Source of the DNA: an uncultured virus (IMG/VR IMGVR_UViG_3300025610_000002)
Taxonomy: Duplodnaviria; Heunggongvirae; Uroviricota; Caudoviricetes
IMG/VR virus record: IMGVR_UViG_3300025610_000002
DNA: 64,000 nucleotides
Direction: 5' to 3' (one strand)
The position numbers were made by a program, and so were the translations under genes. Position 1 is the stretch's first letter; each line of letters starts with the position of its first letter. Shown here one piece after another: positions 1 through 8,230 of this stretch. The notes beneath the pieces were generated by a model. That model did not search any database and was not told the origin of the DNA. It saw only the letters and a program-made list of their open reading frames with translations.

Positions 1-400
1 CCATCGTTGGGAAAATCCCATCATCGCAATGCAAATACCAATCAATGGCGTCTTGGATTCGCAATTGGCTTCCGTGAACCTTGCCGTATCGGTGTGTGTA
101 TTCTTCACACAAGGCGAGTCCGTGGCGCAGAAGCCAATTGGCGTTCAAGAGCGATTGCCTTGCCCATATCGTTGAAGGGTGATTGAGCATGGCTGGCTTC
201 ATCAAATCCGACTCGGTTTGGGTATGGAAACTCTTCAAGTCACCAAGGGAAGGCTCAACGCCGTAGACCCCTTTGAAGATGAAGTAGAGAATGTTGGTGT
301 GCAACATTTGACAAGTTTCCGTTGGCATCTTAACCACATGCTTGTCCACCATTTGTTGAGCAGATTCAACAGGGCATTCGGAAAGTGCAAAGATGTTCAT
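1..400 (-). CDS. Pyrimidine-dimer DNA glycosylase (T4 endonuclease V/DenV-like), runs off the window edge
   Basis: Manual translation (not in ORF track): MNIFALSECPVESAQQMVDKHVVKMPTETCQML...NHPSTIWARQS...LCEEYTHRYGKVH matches the MNIF..DKHVVKM..HP..W..EY..RYGK.H pattern of the phage family. Confidence 0.85.
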   Translation of the reverse strand, partial: MNIFALSECPVESAQQMVDKHVVKMPTETCQMLHTNILYFIFKGVYGVEPSLGDLKSFHTQTESDLMKPAMLNHPSTIWARQSLLNANWLLRHGLALCEEYTHRYGKVHGSQLRIQDAIDWYLHCDDGIFPTM

Positions 401-528
401 TCAAAATCACCCACAAACACATCATCCAAAGATTCGTTCACGAAGAGTGGAATCTGGATTTTCTCAACCTTTTCAATAGCAGTTACTAATGCACTCACGA
501 CTTCAATTTCTAAAATTTGTTGAATCAT
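397..528 (-). CDS. Small hypothetical protein (43 aa)
   Basis: Manual translation MIQQILEIEVVSALV...; stop overlaps the next ATG; GAGGTGG upstream. Confidence 0.5.
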   Translation of the reverse strand: MIQQILEIEVVSALVTAIEKVEKIQIPLFVNESLDDVFVGDFE

Positions 529-667
529 CCTATCCACCTCATACCGTGAAAGGGACAGTCTATCATCAAGCGACCATCGGGAGAAGCCCCCTCAATTGTA
601 AGCCATTTAGGGAAAGCGCCGACTCCATCTCCGTTGTCCCATTCAGCAAAGCATTCACAAAACCAAC

Positions 668-817
668 TCATTCTTCATCACCTTTCCAATACCAAGTTTG
701 TTCGCCTAGTTCGTCCAAGGTCATGCCGAATGTTTCAGCAATTACAGTCATTGGGATGCACATATACCAACCAATGTCCCGGCTGGTTCCGTTGTATCCT
801 TTGTAGTTTTCACGCAT
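668..817 (-). CDS. Small hypothetical protein (49 aa)
   Basis: Manual translation MRENYKGYNGTSRDIGWYMCIP...; lies in a tightly packed minus-strand operon. Confidence 0.5.
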   Translation of the reverse strand: MRENYKGYNGTSRDIGWYMCIPMTVIAETFGMTLDELGEQTWYWKGDEE

Positions 818-937
818 AAATTCAATTATTTTATTCATATTTTCATCCTCCTAAGGGACATTTGGTATGCTTGATACGGGCGCATACCAAGACCCGTCAA
901 TTCTTTGAAGGCTTTACGCCTTCGCATTTCTTCTTCC

Positions 938-1174
938 TCACTCCTCTCCAAAAACTCCTGCTTGAACAGGTGCAGGGAGCCGGTGCGGATTATATCTTTC
1001 ATAGACTTCTTCATAGCAATCATCACACATTTTGATTATGATTTGTTCATTGGAAACCTCTTCATCAAATCGCTGAAACTGAATTCGCATGTGCATACTA
1101 GCACGAAGAAAACAGTTGTCGCAACGAATCACAGGTTCCATCTTAATTTTGTATTTCTTTAACCATTTAAACAT
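938..1174 (-). CDS. Small zinc-finger-like protein
   Basis: CDNC...CDDC pair; GAGGTGA upstream of the ATG. Confidence 0.6.
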   Translation of the reverse strand: MFKWLKKYKIKMEPVIRCDNCFLRASMHMRIQFQRFDEEVSNEQIIIKMCDDCYEEVYERYNPHRLPAPVQAGVFGEE

Positions 1175-1299
1175 AAATTCACCTCAAAGGCCGTGGGGGG
1201 AAGAGGTGGAGGTAGAACCGACCCCCGTTAGCGGATGGAGAAAAGTCCCCTCTTCATTACTCGCAAAAACCCCACAATCCTACCGAAGTAGGGAGAGTA

Positions 1300-2727
1300 T
1301 CATTGTGGGCGAGGCCCACAGTAATACAAGTTCTTTTTGGCCCGAGTGATAGCAACATAGCAAATGTTACGCTCCTCTTGAGGATTGGACGCCTTAGGAT
1401 GAGGCATCCTCTCAGTAGCCAACAGGAACACATTGTCGGCCTCAAGACCCTTAGCCTTGTGAACGGTGGACAACATAATGTCGCCCTTGCCCTCCGAAGA
1501 AAACACCCGTTCAATCTCGCTGATGATTTGACGCACAGTATCAACACGGTCGTTGAAGATGTGAATGCAATCCAACTTATCAGCAAGGGCCAAGGCTTGG
1601 TTCTTCTTGTCCTTCTTGACAAGTTTGGCCGTTTCCTTTTGGCCGTATTGAATCAAGAGAACACGGAACTCGCCCGTATCCATGTCCAACTTCTTACGAG
1701 CAACCTTCTTGACAAGATTGGTAAGACCCTTGTGCATATCCCGGCCAAGAACATAAGCAGACTTGCCTTCGGACAAGAGCGTGTAGAACGCTTGAGCCAA
1801 AGGAGCGTTGTATCGGCAAAGAACAATGTCGTCCTTGACAGGATTGAACTCAGCGAATTCCTTCACAAAGCCATCCTCTGCATCTTCACGACATGAGAAG
1901 TTACTTACATACCGGTTGGCTTCTGCAACCACATTCTTTGGGCAACGCCAAGTGAGAGTAAGTGGGAACTTGTTAATGTCCCTGCTCGTCATTTTTAGCA
2001 AGTCCACAAACATGTCCATGCTAGAAGAGTCAGCACCACGGAATCCGTAGATTGCTTGGTTGGGGTCGCCCACCACAACACAACGACCGTTCGGTTCAAC
2101 ACAACGGTAAATCAGTTGGCGTTGCATTTCGTTGAGGTCTTGCGCTTCGTCCACGAACACCACATCAAACTTCTCAACAGGAAGGTTTTCCACAACGGGA
2201 ATCCAAATCATGTCGTCAAAGTCAATGGTGGTGAAGTCACGACTCATTCGCATAATGCGAGGAAGCGAATCGTAAGCAATCACTTCATCCATGTCGGACT
2301 CAAAGTTGATGTTGAATTTGTCAATGAGGCGAGCGATTTGTTGGCGGTCGTTGCCTTCCACCAATGCGCCCTTCATCAAAGAAACCAACTTTGCAAGTGG
2401 GACGGCGAAGTAGTCACTACCGCACACCTCTTGAATAATCTTGAAGGTCTTGCTCTTGTCCATTTTGGTTCGGCCAGCACTACGAATGGCCTTGAAGCCA
2501 AAGGAATGCATCGTTGAGCAAACCACATCATCGGGGAGGCGTTCGCCAAGTTCGGTCGCAATGGACTTGTTGAATGCAAAGAAGGCCTTCTTGCCGCTCA
2601 TGCGGTTTGCGCCTTCAACGATGGTGAAGGTCTTACCAACACCAGCGCCAGCGTAGACTACAATGTGTCCATCGCCATTCTGCATATCGTTCCAAATGTT
2701 TTCTTGTTGTTCGGTTCCGGTTATCAT
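1300..2727 (-). CDS. UvrD/Rep-family SF1 helicase
   Basis: AGAGVGKT Walker A, TMHS, VFVDEAQD, VGDPNQAIYGFRGA, L..TWRCP, STVHKAKGLE, YVAITRAK; start MITG preceded by GGAG. Confidence 0.95.
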   Translation of the reverse strand: MITGTEQQENIWNDMQNGDGHIVVYAGAGVGKTFTIVEGANRMSGKKAFFAFNKSIATELGERLPDDVVCSTMHSFGFKAIRSAGRTKMDKSKTFKIIQEVCGSDYFAVPLAKLVSLMKGALVEGNDRQQIARLIDKFNINFESDMDEVIAYDSLPRIMRMSRDFTTIDFDDMIWIPVVENLPVEKFDVVFVDEAQDLNEMQRQLIYRCVEPNGRCVVVGDPNQAIYGFRGADSSSMDMFVDLLKMTSRDINKFPLTLTWRCPKNVVAEANRYVSNFSCREDAEDGFVKEFAEFNPVKDDIVLCRYNAPLAQAFYTLLSEGKSAYVLGRDMHKGLTNLVKKVARKKLDMDTGEFRVLLIQYGQKETAKLVKKDKKNQALALADKLDCIHIFNDRVDTVRQIISEIERVFSSEGKGDIMLSTVHKAKGLEADNVFLLATERMPHPKASNPQEERNICYVAITRAKKNLYYCGPRPQ

Positions 2728-2794
2728 TACTATTTCTCCTTGAAATTGACTCGCCCGATTGGGTCGGGGTGAGCCACCCATGCATCCCGGAGGT

Positions 2795-2808
2795 CCTTAA
2801 AAGGGGTT
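2795..2808 (-). promoter_or_regulatory. Archaeal BRE/TATA-like promoter of the leftward operon
   Basis: Minus strand reads AACCCCTTTTAAGG about 70 nt upstream of the helicase start; resembles the motif downstream of the early-region palindromes. Confidence 0.5.
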
Positions 2809-2950
2809 GACGGGCGATTCGTGGCTAGACATTACTATTTTTGCCATAGCATCCTCATCCTTATATTTATTCAATTACTAATAAGACTATTTTATACAGT
2901 TCATTCTACATTGTTCTACGAGGGGTATGCGGCGCAGTCCCCTTTTTTCC

Positions 2951-3083
2951 ATTTTTCTACTTATTTACACCCCCCCTCTCTTTCTCCATCTCTGTGACCC
3001 CCTCTTTCTACCTCTACTCCCCTCTAAGAGCAAATCTGAGGCCTTCTCAGGTATCGTAGATATATGTAAATAAGTATAAAAAT
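2951..3083. repeat. 19-bp inverted repeat (1 mismatch) flanking a pyrimidine-rich tract; candidate replication origin
   Basis: ATTTTTCTACTTATTTACA (2951-2969) versus TGTAAATAAGTATAAAAAT (3065-3083), inside a ~600-bp ORF-free divergent intergenic region. Confidence 0.6.
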
Positions 3084-3385
3084 AGAATAATATACTATTT
3101 TATTCAAAATCTCCCCAAATTCCCACCCTTTTTTCTACTTTCACCTGTAGAATCATCGTAGAATCATCCGACGCCTAACATATATGTTATAAGGATAAGG
3201 CCAATTGAAGGACCTGTAACAGGAATGACGGAAAATTTCATTCCAAAAACTAGGGGAAAAGAGAATGAAATAGGGTAGGGTTTTCTTGGTATTCAACGAA
3301 GTCGCTTTGTGGATGAGATGAAAATACCCTGCCTGCCCTTTAGGGCGTCCAACCAGCACGGACACACCCCATTGAGGTGAACATC

Positions 3386-3925
3386 ATGAAAACAGACGAA
3401 ACGAAACAACCGACCTTTGACGCCGCCCACCACCGGGCAAAGACCGGGGACCTCACCGAGGTTCTCAAGAAACACCCCCACCAGCGAGTTGAATTTGCTT
3501 TGGAGGACTACACCGACGCCGTGACTGCGGCTGAGGCCGACCCCTCCAAGGACAACATCAAGCAGGTGGCCCGCTTCTTTGACGCTCTCCGAGGGCAAGC
3601 GCAGAAGCAAGCCGACTCCGGCGTAACCGTCTACCTTGAAGCCATCCCCCTGCGGGTTGGTGGCGGTGGCGGCGTGTCCGAGCGCACCGTGAAGCGCAAC
3701 GCTATGGTTGAGGCCATGCGTGAAGCATACGACAACGGGACCATGACCGCCAGCGAGGTTATCACCAACCTCTATGACGCTCGCTTTGGTATCCGAGCCA
3801 ACAACGATGGAGAATACAAACCACTTACCGACTACATCACCTCCATCCTCACCACCATCGCAGAGGCCCAACTCAAGGCCGAAGAAGCGAAGGACGACGC
3901 TGAGGAGGTCGTTGCAGAGGAGTGA
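3386..3925 (+). CDS. Hypothetical early protein (GC-rich, strong codon bias)
   Basis: GAGGTGA RBS, ATG at 3386, C-ending codons, acidic C-terminus. Confidence 0.85.
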   Translation: MKTDETKQPTFDAAHHRAKTGDLTEVLKKHPHQRVEFALEDYTDAVTAAEADPSKDNIKQVARFFDALRGQAQKQADSGVTVYLEAIPLRVGGGGGVSERTVKRNAMVEAMREAYDNGTMTASEVITNLYDARFGIRANNDGEYKPLTDYITSILTTIAEAQLKAEEAKDDAEEVVAEE

Positions 3926-3972
3926 TTCACTCCTCACCCCAACAACCGGGGGGGTCCGTGCTGGATTGGACA

Positions 3973-3990
3973 CCCGCCCTTCGGGGCGGG
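3973..3990 (+). terminator. GC hairpin with UUCG loop
   Basis: CCCGCCC-TTCG-GGGCGGG downstream of the stop codon. Confidence 0.65.
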
Positions 3991-4007
3991 GTCCTTTCTA
4001 CGAACCC

Positions 4008-4043
4008 CAAAGATTACAACGGACCATATGGTTGGGACTTTGA
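4008..4043. repeat. Early-region palindromic element, copy 1
   Basis: CAAAG-N10-ACCATATGGT-N5-CTTTGA followed by AACCCTGCTTAAG. Confidence 0.85.
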
Positions 4044-4097
4044 CACAACCCTGCTTAAGCAAGGTCTGTGGTCGTGGTTGCTATAGGAGCGGCTAAC

Positions 4098-4358
4098 ATG
4101 AATGAAGAAGAAGCAATGAAGCGAATGAAAGCGATGATAACAGATGTGCAGGAGTTTGGAGCGAATGCGTCAAACGCATACTTCCTACTACACATGTTCC
4201 TCATGAAGAACGGGCGTGAGTTGTCAAAACTTCTCTTTCGCCTTGACGACAACAACGCAGAAGCATTTCGCACAGTCATGACTTTCGGCAACATTGCTGA
4301 ATTGACTGACTATGTAATGAGTGGGGGTAACAACGAGGAAGACGATTCGGTTGAGTAA
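4098..4358 (+). CDS. Hypothetical protein
   Basis: AGGAG RBS, ORF of 86 aa. Confidence 0.75.
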   Translation: MNEEEAMKRMKAMITDVQEFGANASNAYFLLHMFLMKNGRELSKLLFRLDDNNAEAFRTVMTFGNIAELTDYVMSGGNNEEDDSVE

Positions 4359-4445
4359 TCCCTACCGTGACATTTGGGATTACTTGCCGGAAGAATCACC
4401 TATTACCACCCCCACTACAACAGATTCTAAAGGAAGTGAAAAGAA

Positions 4446-4571
4446 ATGAACAGAACAGAAGAAGATTGCGTCGTCTGTCAAGGCGGCGTTGCAGAAGACT
4501 TGACCGAAACTTGTCCGGAGTGCTACGCACAGATAATTTTTGAATACCATGAAAGGAGAGGATTTCAATGA
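4446..4571 (+). CDS. Small zinc-finger protein (41 aa)
   Basis: Manual translation MNRTEEDCVVCQGGVAEDLTETCPECYAQ...; stop overlaps the next ATG. Confidence 0.6.
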   Translation: MNRTEEDCVVCQGGVAEDLTETCPECYAQIIFEYHERRGFQ

Positions 4572-5110
4572 CCAATTGGCAACGAGAAGCAGACCCAAGA
4601 GAAGCAGACATTGACGCTATCATTAGCGTCTTGAAGAACACCCACGAAGAATACTACATGAACGAGATTGCCCTCATGGAGCAAATCAATCACGAAGGTT
4701 GCATGTGCAACAAGAATGTGCAATCGGTTGACTTTGTAGGCGTTGAAGGCATTACGATGCCCATTGCGTATTGGACCTACCACAACGGCAAAGTTACTGC
4801 CCGACCGGACGCCTACACTTTCATTGAGCAACGGCCCATTGCGGAAGAGGACTACGAAATCTTGTGGAATAAAGATGGGATGATTCACCCCAACTACATC
4901 AACCTGCAAGCCAATGTGCGGATTGAAGACATGCGCCGAGAGTTTGTTCAAGAGGCGGTTCGCATCGCTTGTTTGCTCCCACTACTCTCAAACATGCCCC
5001 AAGATGTCATCTACGACATTGCGACTCACCGACGCACCGTGGAATACTACTTGGACGAAGAGGAAGGCCTTTGGCACATCTCCTTCCCACTAACGGAGGG
5101 TGAAGAGTAA
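4568..5110 (+). CDS. Hypothetical protein
   Basis: 180-aa ORF, RBS GGAGAGG, followed by a hairpin. Confidence 0.85.
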   Translation: MTNWQREADPREADIDAIISVLKNTHEEYYMNEIALMEQINHEGCMCNKNVQSVDFVGVEGITMPIAYWTYHNGKVTARPDAYTFIEQRPIAEEDYEILWNKDGMIHPNYINLQANVRIEDMRREFVQEAVRIACLLPLLSNMPQDVIYDIATHRRTVEYYLDEEEGLWHISFPLTEGEE

Positions 5111-5180
5111 CTCAATAGCGCATCCTAAGCCAGCCTTGGGCGGGGTTAATAGCCCCGTCCTCGGCTAGGGTTAGCAAGCC

Positions 5181-5213
5181 CAAAGATGTTACAACCATAT
5201 GGTTGCTCTTTGA
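5181..5213. repeat. Early-region palindromic element, copy 2
   Basis: CAAAG-N8-ACCATATGGT-N4-CTTTGA; preceded by hairpin GGGCGGGG..CCCCGTCC (5138-5160). Confidence 0.85.
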
Positions 5214-5229
5214 ATAACCTTAACTTAAT

Positions 5230-5590
5230 CGTCGGTCGGTGGTTAGGGCGTAACCCACCCAACACCGGTTAACGGGTGGGTGAACAGACCGGGACAGAAA
5301 CGGACATGAGTTCTCCAACGGCTTCAAGTAGCGCACAGACACCAAGCATTGGTCAACGGCCCTTGTGCAAGTGTGGCGGTGTAGTGTTAGCGAACGAACA
5401 CGAACGCAGAACGGAATGAAATGAAAAGGGCAGTCTAACCCGGCTCCTAGTCCATGTTGCCCCACGCAACAGGAAAGCCGTGGAAGCACCACCTAGCCGG
5501 GTGCATCCCTCTTACCACGAAACATTGTGGACGGACAGGCGTAAGATGTTAGGTGGCCCGTGGCGGGTTGGGTAAGCCACGGGTCGCCGC
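5230..5590 (+). ncRNA. Candidate structured non-coding RNA
   Basis: No convincing ORF between two cassette elements; several stems (CGGTC/GACCG, CACCCA/TGGGTG, ACCCGGCT/AGCCGGGT, CTTAC/GTAAG, GGCCCGTGGC/GCCACGGGTC). Confidence 0.4.
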
Positions 5591-5608
5591 CCATCGGGTT
5601 TTCCAACA

Positions 5609-5642
5609 CAAAGATACACAACCATATGGTTCAGCACTTTGA
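5609..5642. repeat. Early-region palindromic element, copy 3
   Basis: CAAAG-N7-ACCATATGGT-N6-CTTTGA followed by GAACCCTACTAAA. Confidence 0.85.
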
Positions 5643-5698
5643 GCAGAACCCTACTAAACGACCTTGCCGGATAGGTGCAACCTAATGGAGGAATCAAA

Positions 5699-5938
5699 AT
5701 GAGCCTTATGATTGAGATACTAGAAGACCGCTTGATGAAACATACTCTAACCAAAGTAGACGAAACGCTCCAACGCTTTTTCATCTACTCTCAAGAATAC
5801 TATGTCCCGGAGCGCACTTACGACCGAATAGTGCGCCTGCACAAGGATATGTTGGATGAGAAGGTTTTCGTTTACAAGTATGAGGATGCTATGCGCCTCA
5901 TGAAAGCCGCTGAGAAAGTCATGAATGCGGAGGCCTAA
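5699..5938 (+). CDS. Hypothetical protein
   Basis: GGAGG RBS, 79 aa. Confidence 0.75.
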   Translation: MSLMIEILEDRLMKHTLTKVDETLQRFFIYSQEYYVPERTYDRIVRLHKDMLDEKVFVYKYEDAMRLMKAAEKVMNAEA

Positions 5939-5940
5939 AC

Positions 5941-6099
5941 ATGGGCGCTCAACTCCGCTCTCTGTTTCACCTTCAAGTTCACCGCAATGTGGTTGATGGG
6001 CGACCTTCAAACTGCATTCGTGACGAATGCTATAACAACGGGCAAATCAACACCTGCATGTGTTGGTTTTGTCACCCCTATGAGGAGGAAGAAGAATGA
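5941..6099 (+). CDS. Small Cys-rich protein (52 aa)
   Basis: Manual translation MGAQLRSL...CIRDEC...CMCWFCHPYEEEEE; GGAGG upstream; stop overlaps the next ATG. Confidence 0.55.
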   Translation: MGAQLRSLFHLQVHRNVVDGRPSNCIRDECYNNGQINTCMCWFCHPYEEEEE

Positions 6100-6443
6100 C
6101 GAATCAAATCAGCCGAGATGCCGCCGCCGCTTTCCACTCTTCGCAACCATTCAAGCGAAGCAATACGGAAGTCAAAGTCAATGTTTGGTCTAATGAGGGC
6201 ATGGCTTACCATGAGGTCGGCCTTTACCTTCACGGCAACCGAATCGCTCACATGCTCACGGACTACAACATTGAAACCATGCAATTTGGAACGATGGTCT
6301 TCATTGATACCTGCGGTTGGAACACCGTTACAACACGGGCAAGGCTCAACGCTCTCCGTGGTGTGCAGGTCCAACAACGGAATTGGATTCTTTACCTCAA
6401 CGGTGAAGAGTGGGACGGCGAGAAGATTGAGGTGACTCCATGA
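6096..6443 (+). CDS. Conserved phage hypothetical protein
   Basis: LHGNRIA and CGWNTVTTRARLNAL, a pattern I recall from uncharacterised phage early proteins. Confidence 0.75.
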   Translation: MTNQISRDAAAAFHSSQPFKRSNTEVKVNVWSNEGMAYHEVGLYLHGNRIAHMLTDYNIETMQFGTMVFIDTCGWNTVTTRARLNALRGVQVQQRNWILYLNGEEWDGEKIEVTP

Positions 6444-6565
6444 AGCAAGATGGACCCTCTATCTACATGCAAAAAGTGACAAGGGTTTGTGCTAATATGG
6501 ACCACAAGGGGAAACTTACCTCCTGCTACTACTGCAAGTTGGTGCGCTTTACCTCCGCTGATTAG
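6440..6565 (+). CDS. Small hypothetical protein (41 aa)
   Basis: GAGGTGA RBS; C..H..CYYC. Confidence 0.5.
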   Translation: MKQDGPSIYMQKVTRVCANMDHKGKLTSCYYCKLVRFTSAD

Positions 6566-6586
6566 CGGCCCCCTGCGGGGGGTGAA

Positions 6587-6619
6587 TCAAAGTAACACCA
6601 TATGGTAGGACTGCTTTGA
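6587..6619. repeat. Early-region palindromic element, copy 4
   Basis: TCAAAG-N4-ACCATATGGT-N7-CTTTGA followed by TACCCTATCAA. Confidence 0.85.
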
Positions 6620-6655
6620 AGTCCTACCCTATCAACAGACTTAATGGATTAGAGC

Positions 6656-6937
6656 ATGAACCTTTACGAGGAGTTGAAAAAAGAGCGAGAAGCAGTCATT
6701 CAAGCGACCATGAACGATGAGTTTGAATGCGAAGCCGACAGAATGGACACGGTATTGTCCATTCAATCCCAATACCGCAAACTCATTGCCGACGCCGCCC
6801 TCATGACGAGTTGGAATATATCTCCCGAAGATTGGAAGAAAACGCCAAAGGCAGTCAAGAAAGCCATGCGCCAAACCGCACAAATCGCAGAGCAACAACA
6901 AACCATCATGGATTGGGTTCAAGCCTGCCCTGTTTGA
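6656..6937 (+). CDS. Hypothetical protein
   Basis: 93-aa helical ORF filling one cassette. Confidence 0.75.
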   Translation: MNLYEELKKEREAVIQATMNDEFECEADRMDTVLSIQSQYRKLIADAALMTSWNISPEDWKKTPKAVKKAMRQTAQIAEQQQTIMDWVQACPV

Positions 6938-6963
6938 TGGGAACCGGCCTTCGGGCCACGCCC

Positions 6964-6999
6964 TCAAAGTTCTATGACCATATGGTTGTAGCACTTTGA
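6964..6999. repeat. Early-region palindromic element, copy 5 (symmetric spacing)
   Basis: TCAAAG-N7-ACCATATGGT-N7-CTTTGA; preceded by GGCC-TTCG-GGCC, followed by GAACCTTATCAA. Confidence 0.9.
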
Positions 7000-7073
7000 G
7001 CGAGAACCTTATCAACGCCGTCCGGCGCTAAGGGCGTCTTAGCGGGGCGCTAGGACCTACAGGAGGAATACCT

Positions 7074-7604
7074 ATGACCGAAGAGAAAAGTAACCTAGAA
7101 CGATACGAAAACCGTTTGGCCCGCCTTATGGCCAAACTAGAAGAAGAAGGCAAGGAAGCCAACCAACGGGTAATCTTCGCCGTTGAAGACTGCCTTGACC
7201 CAGACATTGACAACAAACTCCGGACGCAGATGTATAACGGCGTCCGTGGTGTCGCTACCAAATACGGATACGGCGAATACCTCCCCGCCCAAGGTGAGCG
7301 AGGAACCGCCTCTGTTATCCAACCTACTCTTGACGCCGCTAAAACCGCCATTACGAGTTTCGTTATGGCCGGTCTTCAAGAAGCGCCGGAGGTTCTCGCC
7401 TTCCTGCGCCGTAAGAAGAACAAGAATGGCATCATCTACTACTCACCCGACACGCTCGTTGGTTGGTTGAATGACTCAACCGCCAAGCGCCTTGAGGACG
7501 ACCACAAGGACAACACCGCCGACCACAACCTGCAACCATTGCTTGACGCATACGCCGCTCACATGGAAGCAGAAGCCAACACGGGGGCTGATAACGAGGA
7601 GTGA
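7074..7604 (+). CDS. Hypothetical early protein (GC-rich, strong codon bias)
   Basis: AGGAGG RBS, 176 aa. Confidence 0.85.
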   Translation: MTEEKSNLERYENRLARLMAKLEEEGKEANQRVIFAVEDCLDPDIDNKLRTQMYNGVRGVATKYGYGEYLPAQGERGTASVIQPTLDAAKTAITSFVMAGLQEAPEVLAFLRRKKNKNGIIYYSPDTLVGWLNDSTAKRLEDDHKDNTADHNLQPLLDAYAAHMEAEANTGADNEE

Positions 7605-7691
7605 TTACCACTCCTTCCCGTGAAACCCGTCTTACCGCCCCGCTAGACACCTCTTAGCCCTACCCTAAGCGGGTAGGGTTAGTGGTCTACC

Positions 7692-7723
7692 TCAAAGTGG
7701 CATACACCCAACCATATGCTTTG
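7692..7723. repeat. Early-region palindromic element, degenerate copy 6
   Basis: TCAAAG-N13-ACCATATG-CTTTG; preceded by hairpin CCCTACCC-TAAGC-GGGTAGGG (7658-7678). Confidence 0.7.
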
Positions 7724-7913
7724 CATCTCAAATTTTTTATTATTACTAATACTTATTTACGCTTAGTTGGAGTAATAATCTGCTTAATTTGGCCAAAATA
7801 GCGGCTTTCTGAAGTAGTAACAACGAATTAGCATAAGCAATAGGTGGCCCAACTTTCGCCGTTTGCAAGAGGTAAGATTATATCCTGATAACCTCTGCGA
7901 TTGGTTGAGGGTC

Positions 7914-8126
7914 GTGACTCTAGAACGAGAAACTTACGATTTATTTCTTAGTTTGAAAGAAGACATTACATTGACATTACAAATGGCAAAACACCAATCC
8001 GATGATACGAAACTACAACAGAAACTCAATACTATTACTAAGGAATTACAAAAGTTAAGAAGTAAGATTACAAAACTAATACAACTTGACAGGGCAAAAG
8101 CAATAGAAGGCCAAACACGACTGTAA
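7914..8126 (+). CDS. Small coiled-coil protein
   Basis: GAGG RBS before a GTG; heptad pattern KLQQKLNTITKELQKLRSKI; AT-rich. Confidence 0.5.
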   Translation: MTLERETYDLFLSLKEDITLTLQMAKHQSDDTKLQQKLNTITKELQKLRSKITKLIQLDRAKAIEGQTRL

Positions 8127-8230
8127 AAAATACTATTTTTAAACCGGGAATAAGAAATACTAAAATTAAAAAAGTGGGTAAGTGCCAAAAAAATCGCCAG
8201 CAATTTTTTGAATATTTTTAGGTGGACATA

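Noticed and set aside
1200..1255. tRNA gene
   Set aside because: Too short, no proper D or anticodon arms and no CCA; I recognised no tRNA or rRNA gene elsewhere, though this was by eye only
3293..3973. 226-aa antisense ORF; similar ones at 1303-1896, 20332-20970, 23763-24368, 31397-32035 and 41620-42270
   Set aside because: Each lies opposite a well-supported gene and has the composition typical of antisense shadows
5306..5419. 37-aa ORF MSSPTASS... as a confident gene
   Set aside because: No clear RBS, low-complexity sequence, embedded in a strongly base-paired region; kept only as an alternative to the ncRNA hypothesis
4008..7723. ACCATATGGT repeats as a CRISPR array
   Set aside because: Copies are 350-1200 bp apart, separated by genes and of variable sequence; no regular spacers
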